64,000 nucleotides of DNA from assembly GCA_012295275.1 (NCBI GenBank), contig CM022671.1:4588001-4652000 (forward strand), in the 5' to 3' direction. The position numbers were made by a program, and so were the translations under genes. The notes beneath the pieces are model-generated. The model did not search any database. It saw only the letters and a program-made list of their open reading frames with translations, and was not told where the DNA came from. Below, one piece after another: positions 24,281-40,171 of the stretch. The DNA comes from Chrysomallon squamiferum (lineage: Eukaryota > Animalia > Mollusca). Every line of letters begins with the position of its first letter. Position 1 is the first letter of the stretch.

Positions 24281-26519
24281 CGCGGGTCTGATTCAGTTCA
24301 GATTGCTCATTGAGCTCAAAACTTTTTAGAGAGCTGCTATAAATTTAACTCACTGCTAGGGAATTCCAAATGGCTCGCTCCTATTGCAAGAAAAACGAAA
24401 AAAGGACATCAACGAAAACTGATAATGCCCCAGTCAGGAAGTGTGTTAAGGTCCATCATCAAATTAAAGTGACAGTTGCCCGGGGTTCATCAACAGATTG
24501 TTATCCGGGGGTCAGCAAGGGTCTGAAAGCGTGGACAATATATTTAATTGAGTTTAAAGTAGAAATTTCGGCGCTCGACTGGTTCTGAGTCACCTGATGA
24601 TGTAACGATGAGTCGCTGCTTTAAGAGGGAGCGGAGCAGCAGGTGTGTAGTGAGCAGTCTATTAAGATGGTTGAAGATTGCATTTTCTGAAAGATTCAAA
24701 ACTATTGCAGAAAAAAAAAGATTGAAGAGAAAGAACGAGAGAGAGAGAGCGAGAGAGAGAGTAAAAAAAATGTAACCTTATTTTCTCGGACAAGACGAGA
24801 AAAGAAAGGAAAAAAAATTATTGAAATAATAACACGAAAAAGAATTTTGGAGAGAAAAAAAAAAGTAATTTTATTTTGTATGATAGACGTCTAGGAGTTA
24901 ACAAAAAAAAAACAAAAAAATGAAGGGAAAAAAATCTTTTTTATTTAAATGAAAAAAAAAAAAAAAAAAAAAAAAAGAAAGAAAAAAAATTAAATTCTAC
25001 CACAGTGTCATTCGTTAACTGAAATTAATGTCATTGGTTCTTTCTCGACTTTCATTATGAGGACATTAACGAATTACAGTTTGAAGTCCTAGAAAATAGA
25101 AAAACGTGAAAAAATAGTTAAAAAGTCAAATAAGGACGTTCCACTGGTATTACTAAAAAGTTTTTTTAACGTCTTGCAGTATCGAGAGACGTAGTCACTG
25201 CATGTTTTAATGTGTAAATATACCGAAGTTTAAATAAATTGATACAAATATACAATGGTAAGTAAGCGTATAAATATAATTATAAAAAAGTCTCACTGAA
25301 AAAAAAAAAAAAAAAGTAAGTACTTTAAGTGATGCCCAGTGATGTTAAGAAGAAGAAGAAACAAACCATCATCATCATCATCACCACCAACACCACCACC
25401 ACCAACACCAACAACAACAACAACACCTAATAATATCAATAATAATAATAATAATAATAATACAGTACGTTTTTCTAGACATTGAATTATCTCTCTGTCT
25501 CTCTCTCTCTGTCTGTCTGACTATCTCTGCTTCTGTGTCCATCGATCCGAGAAATATTGGATTTCTGTGTACGTACGAACAAGAGAACGGGATTGAATTA
25601 TCAGTTTCTTATTTGATAATCTCCAATCGTTTCTGACCAGAGAGTCTGGCGTTTAATAATTGCAGACAACCGCCTCATGTCATCTGGAAAGGAAAATGTG
25701 ATTTTCAAATTTGCCGTCACATCGTACGTTAGATGAATATTGATAAATCACTCCACACGCACGCCAGGACACACACACACACGCACACACACACGCCAGA
25801 CGGTATCTCCAGAGATATAATTGGATTAACGGGGGCTATCACTGAATCGGCTGGCTGTCCATCAAGATGTCCTGGTTTCTTGTGTAGGCTTTCTGGACAA
25901 ACCAGATCAAAGACTCGAATATTCGTAGACACTGTCCTGAAGCAATTATTATAAACCCTGTGTGTTTCAAAATACGCTGATATTTGTTGGGGAATATTTT
26001 TTTTATATGATTGACAAAGAAAGTTTAGTTTGGAACATTTGAATGGTCACATTCATTGTTTTATTGTTTTAGTTTTTTTGAAGAATTCTGTAATAATTTC
26101 TGCGATGATTTCTAAGTTAACAAAGTCATCTTCCCTTGGAACATCAAGAAGGTACATTCTAAATATGATTCCAGAAACATTAAGATAACTTCATTTAACA
26201 TAAAACTAAAAATTATTAACATGTTCTTGAAATGATTATCATACCTTACCAAACTATAGTTATTAAATACCATAAGATCATTCTAAATATTAGAATTTCA
26301 ACACTGGATGGATATTAACATGGTGATAATAATAATAACAATATCAACAACAACAGCAACAATAAAATAATAATAATAATAATAACAACAATAACGACAA
26401 CGACAACAACAACAATAATAATATAATGATAATGAAAACAAACATTTCCTTCCTTCTTTCTTTCTTTTCCTTTCTTCTTGTTTCTAAAACTTCTTCTTCA
26501 ATTCTTTAATTCTTCATTT

Positions 26520-26581
<62 letters not shown>

Positions 26582-28702
26582 TTTTCTTCTTCTTCAATTC
26601 TTCATTTTCTTCATTCTCTCTCCTATTTTTCTTCTTCTTCTTCTCCATACGTCACTTAGTGATTAGTTTACATCTCTGTCACTTTCGTTCAGAACATTTC
26701 TAAACTTTAAACTCATCGTCTGTCTCTCTGTGTCTCTCTTCTCTTCACTTTGACGAGATTTATTTCATTTCTTCAAACACAGACGATTTCTGAGAATTAG
26801 TCCACGCCGAACTCCTGAAAAGCAAACAAGCTACACTCACTTTGATACAGTTCATCAGGACAGACGGGTTTATCAAAGCAATACACTCGATAATCCGGAC
26901 AAATTGGCAGCTCGACAAGCCCTCATTAAAGGTTGACGCTGTATAATACCCGCATGAAATTAACTTAGTCTTGACCTTTTCGACGATTCTCCTATTCACG
27001 GCATCAGTCTGAAATGAAAACCAGCTCAGTGGAACTCTCTAGACCCCCATTTCTTTTTTTTTTTTTTTTTTTTTTTTCGACATTGTGCGAGAATTTAATT
27101 TCCTTTGTCAAAATCCTGTCCCCACTTATAGGCATCTTTTAACAACACCCTTGGATGGCGTGTTTTATTAAATTCTTCAAGACTCTTCCTACTACCCCGA
27201 ATTGACGTTTCCATTCGTTAATATCAGAATGTTTTTTTTCCTTTCACATCTCAGCAGCGTTTACAGATATTTGCTGTTTATGGTACGTGTACCGTACAGA
27301 AGCATTTCCAGCCATAAAACGGAAAATACCAACGACAGCAACTGCAGTAATATCAATAATGATGATGATGATAAAACTGATGTTACTATTACCATTATAG
27401 TCACCACCAGCATCATTACTAATAGCACCACCATTACTATACACTGCTGCTACTGCTACTACTACTAATATTAACACAAACAACAGCAACGGTAATAATA
27501 ATAACAATATCAACAACAGCAACGGTAATAATAATAACAATATCAACAACAACAACAACAACAACAATAATAAAACAAAAAACAAACAATATTAATAGCA
27601 GTAGTAGTAACAACAAAATAATAACAAAAATAACAATAACAATAATGTCATCATCATCACCATTAATACTTTATTATCATCATAATCCTTATTATAATTA
27701 TAATTATTATAATAATAATTAATATATTATTGTTATTACTATTTTCATTATGGTGATAATGTACTGATTTTTAACATATTGCTTAATCGTTTTTTCTTTA
27801 TTTTTCATTCCTTTCTCGTTTCTTTGTTTATTTCACTTTTCTGTATGACTTTCTTTCAGTTTTATTTTCTTTCTATCTGGTTTTTACTTTTTTATCAGAT
27901 TCTTTCTTTCTTTTTAATTTCTCTTCCATTTTTTCTTTCTTTCATTTTTTTTCCTCGTCCTTCGTCATTTTAGCTTTCGTTTTCAGTTTTCTTCTTCCTT
28001 CTTTCTTATTTTTTTTTTTTTTTTTTTTTTTTTCGTTTTCTTACAAACTTGTTTTTCTTTCTGTTGAATCTATCATATAAAAACTTTGACATTTTCACCA
28101 AATTTTCATTTTTTTTTATCTGAAATGCCAATCATATAAAACCTACACCTCTTTTTCTTCCTGTAATTTCTTTTTATTAAATTCTTTACTTCCTTTTCAA
28201 ACAGCATATCAGTGCACATTTAAAAACCACACTACATTAATTTCCCGTTCTTGCCATGAAACGTTCCCCTAATAATAGTAATACTCTATATTATGAAAAT
28301 TAAAGCCTGACACAAATTTTTTGCTGCTAAATAAAAAAAATAATTGCTTATTACTGTTTTGAAGTGACAAATTATGTAATGCTGATATACTTTTTTATTT
28401 TTTTTTTTTTTTTTATTTTTTTTTATGTACATTTTTTTTATTTTCGAGATGGCACTTTTAGCAAATTATCCAATTTATTATTTATTAATAATAATTTATT
28501 CTATTAAAATGATGGAATATCAAAATAAAATTATCTGATTCCTCCGTTTTTCAGTGTTCTCTTTTGGGATTCCTCTCTCTCTCTTTCTTTCTTTCTCTCT
28601 CTCTCTCTATTTCTCTATGTCTGTATGTATGTAAATATGTTGTACGTGTGAATACATATGTATGTATGTGTGTATGTATGTATATGTGTGTATATTTGTA
28701 TA

Positions 28703-28755
<53 letters not shown>

Positions 28756-29658
28756 CATACATATGTCTGCATATACAAACACACACATGTATATCTCTAT
28801 CTATCTCACTGTTTAAAATATAAACATTTTCGTTTATCTAAACTTTAACCACCATCACTGTAAAAACGTGACCACTGTGTTAGCAGCATCTGATCTAGCT
28901 GTCCTTCACAGATCCTAAACGAGTAAGAAATATCCTGCGCAGAACGAGCCAGAAGTGAAAACAGACCAGACGATAACCTTTAAAGAACTCACCTTACGAT
29001 CCATCTTTTCTTAACCTAAAACATTCAAACCACTGGTCTCTGAAATTCCTTTCCATTTATACTTGAACGCAAAGAAGAAATGTAACAAAAAAAAAAAAAA
29101 AAAAAAAAAAAAAACAACGTAGATACATAAAGAAAAAAAAAAACCCGGTCAAATAACACTTGTTATCACGTGACCTGCCCGACATCAAAATGGCTGGTTT
29201 CATTAGCGTTACCCTTGCAGCAAGCGGCTGTTATTGGTGACGAAAAGGTTGTCTTACTGCGGAAACAACTGTCATCTGCTGGAGGTGATTGCGCCCAAAG
29301 GGAGGGTTCTCTCGGTGTCGAGGAGGAAATTACAGGTTAGAAGAGAATACAGGAAATACGAAACTCTTCAGTGAGTGAGGAAGAGTTTTCAAGCATGGAC
29401 TATATTGGTATACAAGACGTCTTGAAACCACTGCTTGTTATTAACAGAAAAGAAGAGGTTATTGACAGTGGTGTATATCGAATTGTTAAGAATGTATCTA
29501 AATTGAGAATTCGTTATTAAGAGGAAAACGGCATGTATGTGTTAAAAATGTAAAAACTGGGTCTGATGTTAAAAGGAATGTACAAGGAAAGTATATGTGG
29601 ACTATAACAATATTTTTCTTTTCTTATTATTATTGTTGTGATTCTCTACGTTATCATC

Positions 29659-29702
<44 letters not shown>

Positions 29703-30418
29703 TATTATCATATTACTACCGCTCATAACAAAAGTACATTTACATGTACTGATTTTATGTTCGGTTTAAATGAAAACTGTTTTTAGTTGTTTGTATTTTT
29801 TTTTTTTTTTTTAGTTCTAAACCAAACATTAAGCACTAAAGAAGTAACTTTAAACAATAAATAACAGACAAGTATAAATAAATAAATAAATAAATAGACA
29901 AATATACAAATAGAAAACGGTGAAAGTTTTGAAGAAGAAATGTTTACCTAACAGACTTCGTTTGTATTTAGCGGACTGTTCATGTTAACAAATAAAAATT
30001 TACTTCTTTGAAAAATAATACGTAAATTTCATAAACACATTACTAAAAAAAAAAAAAAAAAAATAAATAATAAGATATACAGAAGGAAACAATCGCGTGA
30101 AAAAAAAAAAAAATCATGACAGCAAAAGAAATGTGACAAGAAATGTGTTTATTAACTCGTGATATGTGACTTGCATGCACCACTGTTTATCGCTACTTCA
30201 GTCAGTTTCCTCTCAGAATATCTGATTATCTACATAACTCGATAATAATCGTCATAAACGCCTGGGAGATAAAATATATGAATCATCACTCGGCCGCATC
30301 GTAGATGGTCAAACGATTTGCTCGTGATGTGAATGTCAAATCCAAATTATCAACAGCAAGAGAGAGACAGAAAACATGGAGAGGTTAAAAAAAAAAAAAA
30401 AAAAAGAGAGAGAGAGAG

Positions 30419-30601
30419 ATCTTAGAAAATAAATGAAGAAATGTAGATTGTCAAATGAAAGGAGTATGACCGGAATAATAAATTCAAAATTACAGGAGAG
30501 GAGAAAAAGAAGATGATGAAAACCAAATGGACAAGCTATAAGAAAATACGTAAAGAATTCTAGATTGGGAAAACAAAGTGGTGTGACAAGAATACTGAAA
30601 G
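30419..30601 (+). repeat. Dispersed ~180-bp repeat, copy 1
   Basis: Near-identical to 60710-60888, e.g. shared aaaatacgtaaagaattctagattgggaaaacaaagtggtgtgacaagaatactgaaag. Confidence 0.9.
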
Positions 30602-30693
30602 CCCAATTTGGTAACTATCACAATAAGTATATAAAAAAATAATAATAATATGCAACAATAAACAGAGAGAGAGAGAGACAGAGAGAGAGTGGG

Positions 30694-30784
<91 letters not shown>

Positions 30785-33700
30785 CCAAACGAAAGATACG
30801 TGAAGAAATTATTTCAATTCATTTCAAAGCTGCAAAAGACAAGGAAATTTAGGGTAAAGGAAAAAAAAATGCCTTCTTGAAAAAAGGAAGGGAAAACGTA
30901 GATAGTCAGTTTGAAAGGTATGTGGTACGAAATGATAACTGCAACACGAAAAAAAAAAAAAAAAAATAAAGATATGTCATTAATGAAGATGACAGAAAAA
31001 AAAATAAAAAAACGAAAAAAAAAAAAAAGAGCCATCATAGAAAAAACCGGGCTAAGAAACGTAAATAGCAAAAAACGAAAGTTATGTGACAAGAATATTA
31101 AAACCAAATTGCCAACTGCAAGAAGGAACAGGAAAAAAAAAAAAGACCCAGCCAAAAAAAAAAAAACCGAGCTTTGAATGACGAAAATAATTGTGTTTAA
31201 AAGCTGACTACCTTCTTTTCAACTCAGCCCACAACGCCGTTATTACGTTGGAAAAGTCGAGCAAATTGTTTCCGCCCGAAAGTAAAAGAGGTGCTCTTCA
31301 AGATCCATGAAAAGACTACTTAGTGTCAGTTATGGCGGATCCTTCACGTACCAAATTTAATTCCCTGACTGTCTTTGATTGCGTGGACATTTGCATGGCA
31401 GAGAACGTTCGTGAGCGTTGGGGCAAATTCAATAACGTGCATTTGTATCATTCCGCATATTCCGAGAGTAAAAAAAAAGTTTTTGTGCAAATTCTGCAAT
31501 GAAAGGCACTTAAAAAGGAATGCGCCGTCAATAACTGGATTGCTAGTGGTTGAGATGCTGTTTGTGTTAATATCCTGGGCATATTTAATTTTAAAATAGG
31601 TGTAAAAATGTGAACAGATAGATGTATAGATGGACAGATCGATGGATTGATGAATGTTTATGTGTATGCATATATTCATACACACGCAAACGTATACTTA
31701 CACACATACATTGATCAAACACACACATACATCCATACATACACTGATACATCCATCCATGCATACATACATACATAAACTGACTTATTACTTGACGTTT
31801 GCAGACCAACAAATATACTTCTGCGCGGGTTGCGGCCATCTTAGAAAATGGTTGTCATGGGAATCCCTACAAAGGTTTTGGTTTTTCCAAATTAAATTTC
31901 ATCAACATGTTTTTAATTAGGCAAATAAATTAATTTTTTATAATAAATTTCTGAATTTTATCGACCACTCGCTTGAAAAATAACGGCCAATTTGAAATTT
32001 TGAATGTCCAAGACATTTTTTCATTATTTAAATCACCCACCTGACTGGATATTTGATGCTTGGATCACCATTAAAGCGATTAAAAATCTCTTCACATGGT
32101 TTATTGTAGTAATTATGAATACTTCTGTGCTTCTTTATGTTTTCCTCATTCGTGTTTCGAAACTGAATAGCTAAAACAACAAAAACAGAATATCGTGTAA
32201 AATGGACGCGATTTTAAATTCTGTTGCGGAGAAGAGAATTAGAAATTCACGAATGCAACAACAACAAAAAATAAATAAAATAAAAAAATAAAAAAATAAA
32301 ATAAAATAAAATAAAATATAATAAAATAAAATTATAAAACGAAAAAGGAAGGTACAAGAAACGAAAAAGAATATCAGAAAATATTTGATTAGATTTAATA
32401 TTACCTTTTTTTTGGCTCTCAAAGATGCAATTGAAATTTTAATTATTTCTGAACACATATTAGAGTTGACAGTTGTTTTGGAAAAACAATAAACTCTCTC
32501 TTTTTTTTAGAAATTTATATTATATCCGATAATAATAACAAATACGTTGTTAAATATTATAATTATGGAATTATTGATAATTCAAACGGTTCTTTCGTAA
32601 AAATAATAATAATAATAATAATAATAAACTATTCTGTTCAAAAATACGTTGAAAATAAATAAATGAATAAGTAAATAAATAAATAAATAAAGATGGAATA
32701 TTTTAGACGTATACCTTCTTCTGTAAATCTAGTTAATATCCAAAACACGACACCAGATTTTTTTAAACACAGTGTGCCCTGCAGATCAAGAAACATAAAA
32801 AAATACGTGCTAAAAATGCATTATTCCTTCATTCAGCACACATACACACACCAAAAAAACACCCTGACTTACTCAATTAAACGAAGTAATTTTATTAATT
32901 TAGCCCGAAAGTACATACTTATTTTTTTTTTTTTTTTTTATTTTTTTGTGTGTGTGTGCAAATAAAAAAAAAAAAAAAAAATAAAAAAAAAAAAAAAAAT
33001 AAATAAAATAAATAAATAAAATGCGTGCACACGATCGAAAACCCAGGCTTGTGGAATTTCCATTTCAATGACAAAAGCTTGAAGCCAAAATTCCTCTGTG
33101 ATTAAATTTCGTTAAAATACAGCGCGCTCTCGCGTCTTTTCGCTTCGTACCATTTCCAGGCCTGGTTTTTGTAACTGGAATCAGCCGCTGTCACGCAATG
33201 AAGTTTGAAACAACAGATACAATAGCCAGGCCGACTTCTATTCAATATAACGAACTCATTCGTGTACGTTTCGTCTGGTTTATTTAAAAATCTGAATTAC
33301 GGTTACGTATAAATAAATATGGCTGATACAGCGAGACTTAGAGGATAGGTCTGTTGGGATTTGTTTTGTTTTTTGGGGGTTGTTTTTTTCTTCTCTATTT
33401 GCGTAAATAAAATTTAATAAAAAAAAAAAAAAGAAGTAAATTAGAAGGGAGTATTAATTTTAAAGAAGGTATTTTCCTTTGAAAAAAAAAAAAAAATTGT
33501 GTCTGGAAAATATATATATTCTCATTTTAAATTTGTATTATATTAAATTATGTTTCATTGTTGTTTTTTTTGTTTTTGTTATGTAACGTTTTTTTTTTTA
33601 TTTTTAAAAATTTTTTGTGTTTATGATTATAATGATAGAATAATAAATGAACAGAATAGTTGGTTTATTTATTGTTGTAGTTGTTGTTGTTGTCACTGCT

Positions 33701-34580
33701 ATTAATGCTGCAGTGATGATGAAGTTGGTGGTGGTTCTGGTATTGATAGTGATACTGCTTTTAACATCATCGTCGACGTCATTGTCATCACTGTTAATAT
33801 TATTAGTTGTATTAGTATTAGCAGAAATAGTAGTAGCAGTAGTAGTTGTAGTAGTAACAGTAATAGTAGTAGTAATAATACTAGTAGTAACAAGTAGTAG
33901 TGGTAAAAGTGATCGTATTAGTGATGGTGATGAATTCAGTAGTAGCAGCTGTAGTAATAGTAGTATCAGCGGCACCACTGACGTTAATTCTGTTGCTGTC
34001 GTTGCAACAGTTACGCCACTGCTTACGTAGAAAATAAAATTACACAAACAAAGACTTAATTCTTGTAACAAAACTCTCTAATGAGATGTTTCTTCAGCTG
34101 ATTTCAAGACTAAGAGATCAACAGGACGATTTCCAATTACATGACCAGAGCACTCTTACTACAAAATGAATCCACGTTGGAATTGGTTTTTGGGAAACCC
34201 TAACCCGTTTCAGATGGACAGTCTCCGAGGAATTAACTTCAATTTCCTCTTGTTTTTCCGCATCTACGCTGTTCCTGCTTGTTAATTATTAGCTGCGGTG
34301 GGAACCGGTCCGAGTTTTAACACTGGTTTGACTTTTGTCGAGGTAGCTGAGGTTACGTCTGGTTATTGTAAAATATTATCGCGAGAGGATGGGAGAGGGG
34401 TGAGGTTGAGGGTGAGGTTGAGGGTGAGGTTGAGCAGATGGTTAGGCGGGAAGTGAAGAAATGGAACGGGAAGGAAAATGGGGGGGGGCGAAAGAGAAAG
34501 GTGGAGAAAGAATAGGTGAGAGGTGGATGGAGAGATGTAAACGAATGAGAACTGTTTGAATGTGTCTGTTATAAAAGTAG

Positions 34581-34802
<222 letters not shown>

Positions 34803-35484
34803 AAACAGATAGATATAATCATATATAAAGGAGAAATGAGCATACATCAAGACAACCAAACACAATTATAATACAGCTTAATGCTTTTTTTTTTTCTTTT
34901 TTCTTTTTTCTTTAAATTTATTTATTCATTTTTCTTTTTTTTTTTTTTTTTTTTTTTTCTTGTCGGTTACTTATTTGTCAAGTAAAGAACTAGTTACTAA
35001 GTCTATTTCGTTTTTTGTAACTCTAGACACTAGCAGTGTCACCCTTGACAGATGCATTTGTACAGAAAGAGTCAAAAAAAACACACACACACATCAAAAA
35101 AAAAAGAAAAAAAATTAAAAAATTAAAGTACAGAAAAAAGGCTTCTAAAAGCTGACACATGCGCCTTGGTCGAATCTGGGCGCTAGGAGACAAGGAAACT
35201 GTGAAATCTTCAGTCTCTGACAAATTCCTTGTAGCACCATCGATCCCAGAAGAATGAAATCGCGAAATCGTTGCATAGAGATTTCACAAAATGAATCAAA
35301 ACCGTTTAAATACAAAATGAAAAATATCGCTCATTTGTACTGCTGAAGGGCAAGACAATTTATTAGAAAGGAGAGAATATCTTTTTTTTTCTTTTTTTGT
35401 TATATTGCGAATGCAAATTGGTATTTTTACTCGATAAATAGTTTTCATTATTTCACTGACATTTCTCAAGATTTTTTTTTTTGT

Positions 35485-35525
<41 letters not shown>

Positions 35526-35792
35526 TGTGTTTTAAATTTATTTTCTCGCTCTCTGTGACATTTACAGTAGTGAGTGGTAATCAAGATTAGGTAGGCATTT
35601 CAAGGAGTGGGACATTTTTATTTCTTGTTTGTTGGAAAATTGAATAGAATAGTAATTACCGCGTTTACGTGACAAAGTAATGAGATAGTTTAGAATCAAC
35701 AAACGATTTATAATAATAACTGATTAATAATGACTTCGATAAAATATTAGTTTATGATCGATAGGTAAGTTATTTATAACTCTGTTAATGTT

Positions 35793-36610
<818 letters not shown>

Positions 36611-37811
36611 CCCCTTGTCGCCCTTCTTCTTTGTTTATGCAAGTTTGTATTAAGATCTATCCATGTTTATATTTATTTAACATAAATTAATTTTATTGTT
36701 GTTTTTTTGCTGACACGAACTAGTGAAACGTTATCAACATTTTCACTTTTTTAATTTTTTTTTTAATTATTATTGAATGAACTTGTTCCCAATTCAACAA
36801 TCCCCACTGTATATGTCAACCTAATATTCTAACTTCAACCTTTCGACCTTCGGTTATTTCAAGAATCATCTAAATTAAGCTCTCTGATGTGTACTGGTCG
36901 TCAAAACAGACCGCAGAATATTTTGCATCAACACATTAAGCTTTACTTTTTGCTGCCGAAGAAGATTAAAACAACGACGAATCGAATAAAATCATGATTC
37001 TCTTTTTTTTCGTGTGAGTGTAAATACGCCTGTTGCTTCCCTCAAGGAATCGAACGCGTCCATATGTTTCGCGGAATCCCTTTTGTGATAAATAACCAGT
37101 GACATCTCCCTAATTTCCCTAAGGGCCCATTCGCTGCTGATGGCTGGAGTGTAGATTGCACGTGACGTGGAGTGCAGAAGGGAAAACTGAGTTTTAAGGT
37201 GTTTTCGTCAACAGTTCATTGATCTCGCGACGTACGGTTAATGACGGTGTATCGGAAACATGTCATTTGCTCGTATTGTCGTTCTGACATCGCTTGTCGA
37301 CTAAAGGACTGGTGTGAATTGAAAAAAAAAAAAACTAACGTTTTAAAGAAAAATAAAAAATAAAAATAAAAGCCATTGATTTGTTCTGGAAACCCAAATT
37401 ACAAATTAAAGATAATATTATTGTAATAATTATTTGTATGGATTTTTATGTGTAAACAATTAACTGATCTTTTTTTTTTAAATTTTATTTCTCTCTCTCT
37501 CTTTCTCTCTTTCTCTCTTAAATCCTGTAGCTTCGAGGAATTACTGGTGGCATGTTTGTCAATAATTTATGTACGGCTTGATGTTTTGTTCCGTATCAGA
37601 AATCATTTTGCTATAATGTTGTTTTAAAGGAAAGTGTTTATTTGATTACATTTTAAAAACGTAACGCGAATTCGGTGAAAGCAGAACTTAGAAGTGGGTT
37701 TTAATGCATATAAAACAAGATTACATAAAATGTCGAAACACGCACGCAAATGAAAAAATACACTAACAATCACAATAAAAGTATAAAAATAAAATAAAAA
37801 TATGCAACAAT

Positions 37812-37886
<75 letters not shown>

Positions 37887-38001
37887 TAAGTTGACGAAAA
37901 TATAAGAAAAAATAGATTCATTTTTCTGTTGAGTTTCTTTTTTCGTTTATTTTAAATGTTTGTTTTTTCTTAAATGTTTTATATAACAGTAAATATGTTC
38001 A

Positions 38002-38042
<41 letters not shown>

Positions 38043-38056
38043 GGCCAAACATAGAG

Positions 38057-38088
<32 letters not shown>

Positions 38089-39045
38089 GTCAAGAATGAA
38101 CAATTTTTCAAAATAACAATCACAACCGATAGAAAAAAAAAAAATAAATAAATAAAAAATAAATAAATAAAATTAAATTAACCATTTCCTTTTCTAGCTA
38201 ACTTAACCATGAAAAAAAAACAAATAAATAAATAAATAAAAAATAAAAAATTTCTCACAAACGCTGCCTTCCGGAATCGAACCCGCGAACCAGGGAATTC
38301 CTATCCTCCTCCCACCCATCCCCGCATAGGGCAAACGCATCTCTTCTGCAGTTGTCACTTACACGTATCAGCTTTTGGCTGGCTTCGTCTGGTCCCGCGC
38401 TGTACGAAATGTGTAAAAGATTACAAATGAGTCGAAATTCGAATTTGCATTTGTCGAGATTTTTGACGGTGTCCGTCCTAACAGCCCCGGGGCCATTTTA
38501 TCGATTTATTTCCGCCCCCCCCCGGTCGGAGAAGAAGAGATTCTTTCGGCGCTGTTGAAGTGAGCGGCCATTTCCATAGAATGAGACACTTTAAGCTGAG
38601 CAAAATTGCCATCGTCGTTTCGACAATTCTTTTTCGTAAGCTTAATCAGGATTTGGGTAAATCTTTGGCAGAATTTAAATTCCAGAATCAATAAGTTTTT
38701 TTGTTTTTTTTTCTTCAGAATGCAGCAGTAAACCTATCATTGTGCAGAATATCGAGAACTTTATTTTATTTTCTATCTTCCTATTTTTATTTATTTTTTT
38801 TATTTATTATTTTCTTTGACTAACTTTTTTTTTTCTTTTATAGAAATTTTCTCTTATTTTTAAATTTTCTTTTTTCTCTTCCTTTCTTTTTCTTTCTATT
38901 TTTTTCTAAAATTTTCTTTAGATTTTTTCTTCCTTCTTCCCATTCCCATCTTTTCCCAATATTTTATTTAATCAAAGCAAAAGAATTTGTAACATTAACT
39001 CAGACATTTGTCTTTCTCCCTTAATTATTATTATTGTTATTGTTA

Positions 39046-39125
<80 letters not shown>

Positions 39126-40004
39126 TTGTTTCTCTTTCTCTCTCTTATTGTTTCTTTTCTGTTAATATCTTTTGTTTATAACATTTGAAAATAGTTTTCC
39201 AGTTTTCTTTCTTTCTTTCTTTCTTTCTTTATTTCATCATTCTTATATTACATAATTTATTTCATTACTAATATACTCATATACTAATTAATGTACACGA
39301 TAATTTTTGTTATAACAACATTAAGAACCATTGTTATTAATTTTTTACCTGTCCTATTCTTTTTTTATTCTTCTGTCCATTTCTTCTTTTTTTTTTCTTC
39401 TTCTGTCCATTTCTTCTTTTTTCTTCTTCTTCTGTCCATTTCTTCTTTTTATTTCTTCTTTTTTTTTTTTTTTTTTCTTCTGTTCTTTTCTTCTTCTTTT
39501 TTTTTCTAATTTTTAAGATAAAACAAAAGTTATTTGCTTCTCTTCGATAACAACAATAAATATGTCGCCGTTCTTTCTTTGTTTAATTTACTTTTATTCT
39601 GTTCAATCTCGTTTCATCATCAATTTCACTCGCTGCGAATTTTGTAGCAAAACAAAACAGTAAAACTAAATAACAAGCGCATCTCAATTCTATTTGAACG
39701 TAACAGTAAGACGTACACATATAAAGTGATCCTATTTAGAGGCAAGTTCTCAAAACAAGGGATATTACGACAGTCGTAAAACCAAAATGTGACCCGGACA
39801 GACGAAATGTGCAAAAGGCATTTTTTTGGTTTGTTTATGTCTGTTTGTAAATTGTAAATACATTCTTCGATATTTCTTTTCAGTTTTGTTTCTTTCTTTC
39901 TTTTTTTCTTTCCTTTTTTATTTATATCTGTTTATTTGTTTGTTTATTTTTATTACTACAAGTATTACTGCTACTACTACTACTACTATTACTTCTACTA
40001 CTAT

Positions 40005-40043
<39 letters not shown>

Positions 40044-40091
40044 CACTACTCCTACTACTACTCCTACTATTAATAGTAATAGTAGTAGTAA

Positions 40092-40171
<80 letters not shown>

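Noticed and set aside
34395-34435. (GAGGGTGAGGTT)x3 and nearby aaaccctaaccc as telomeric remnants
   Set aside because: Too short and not a TTAGGG array.
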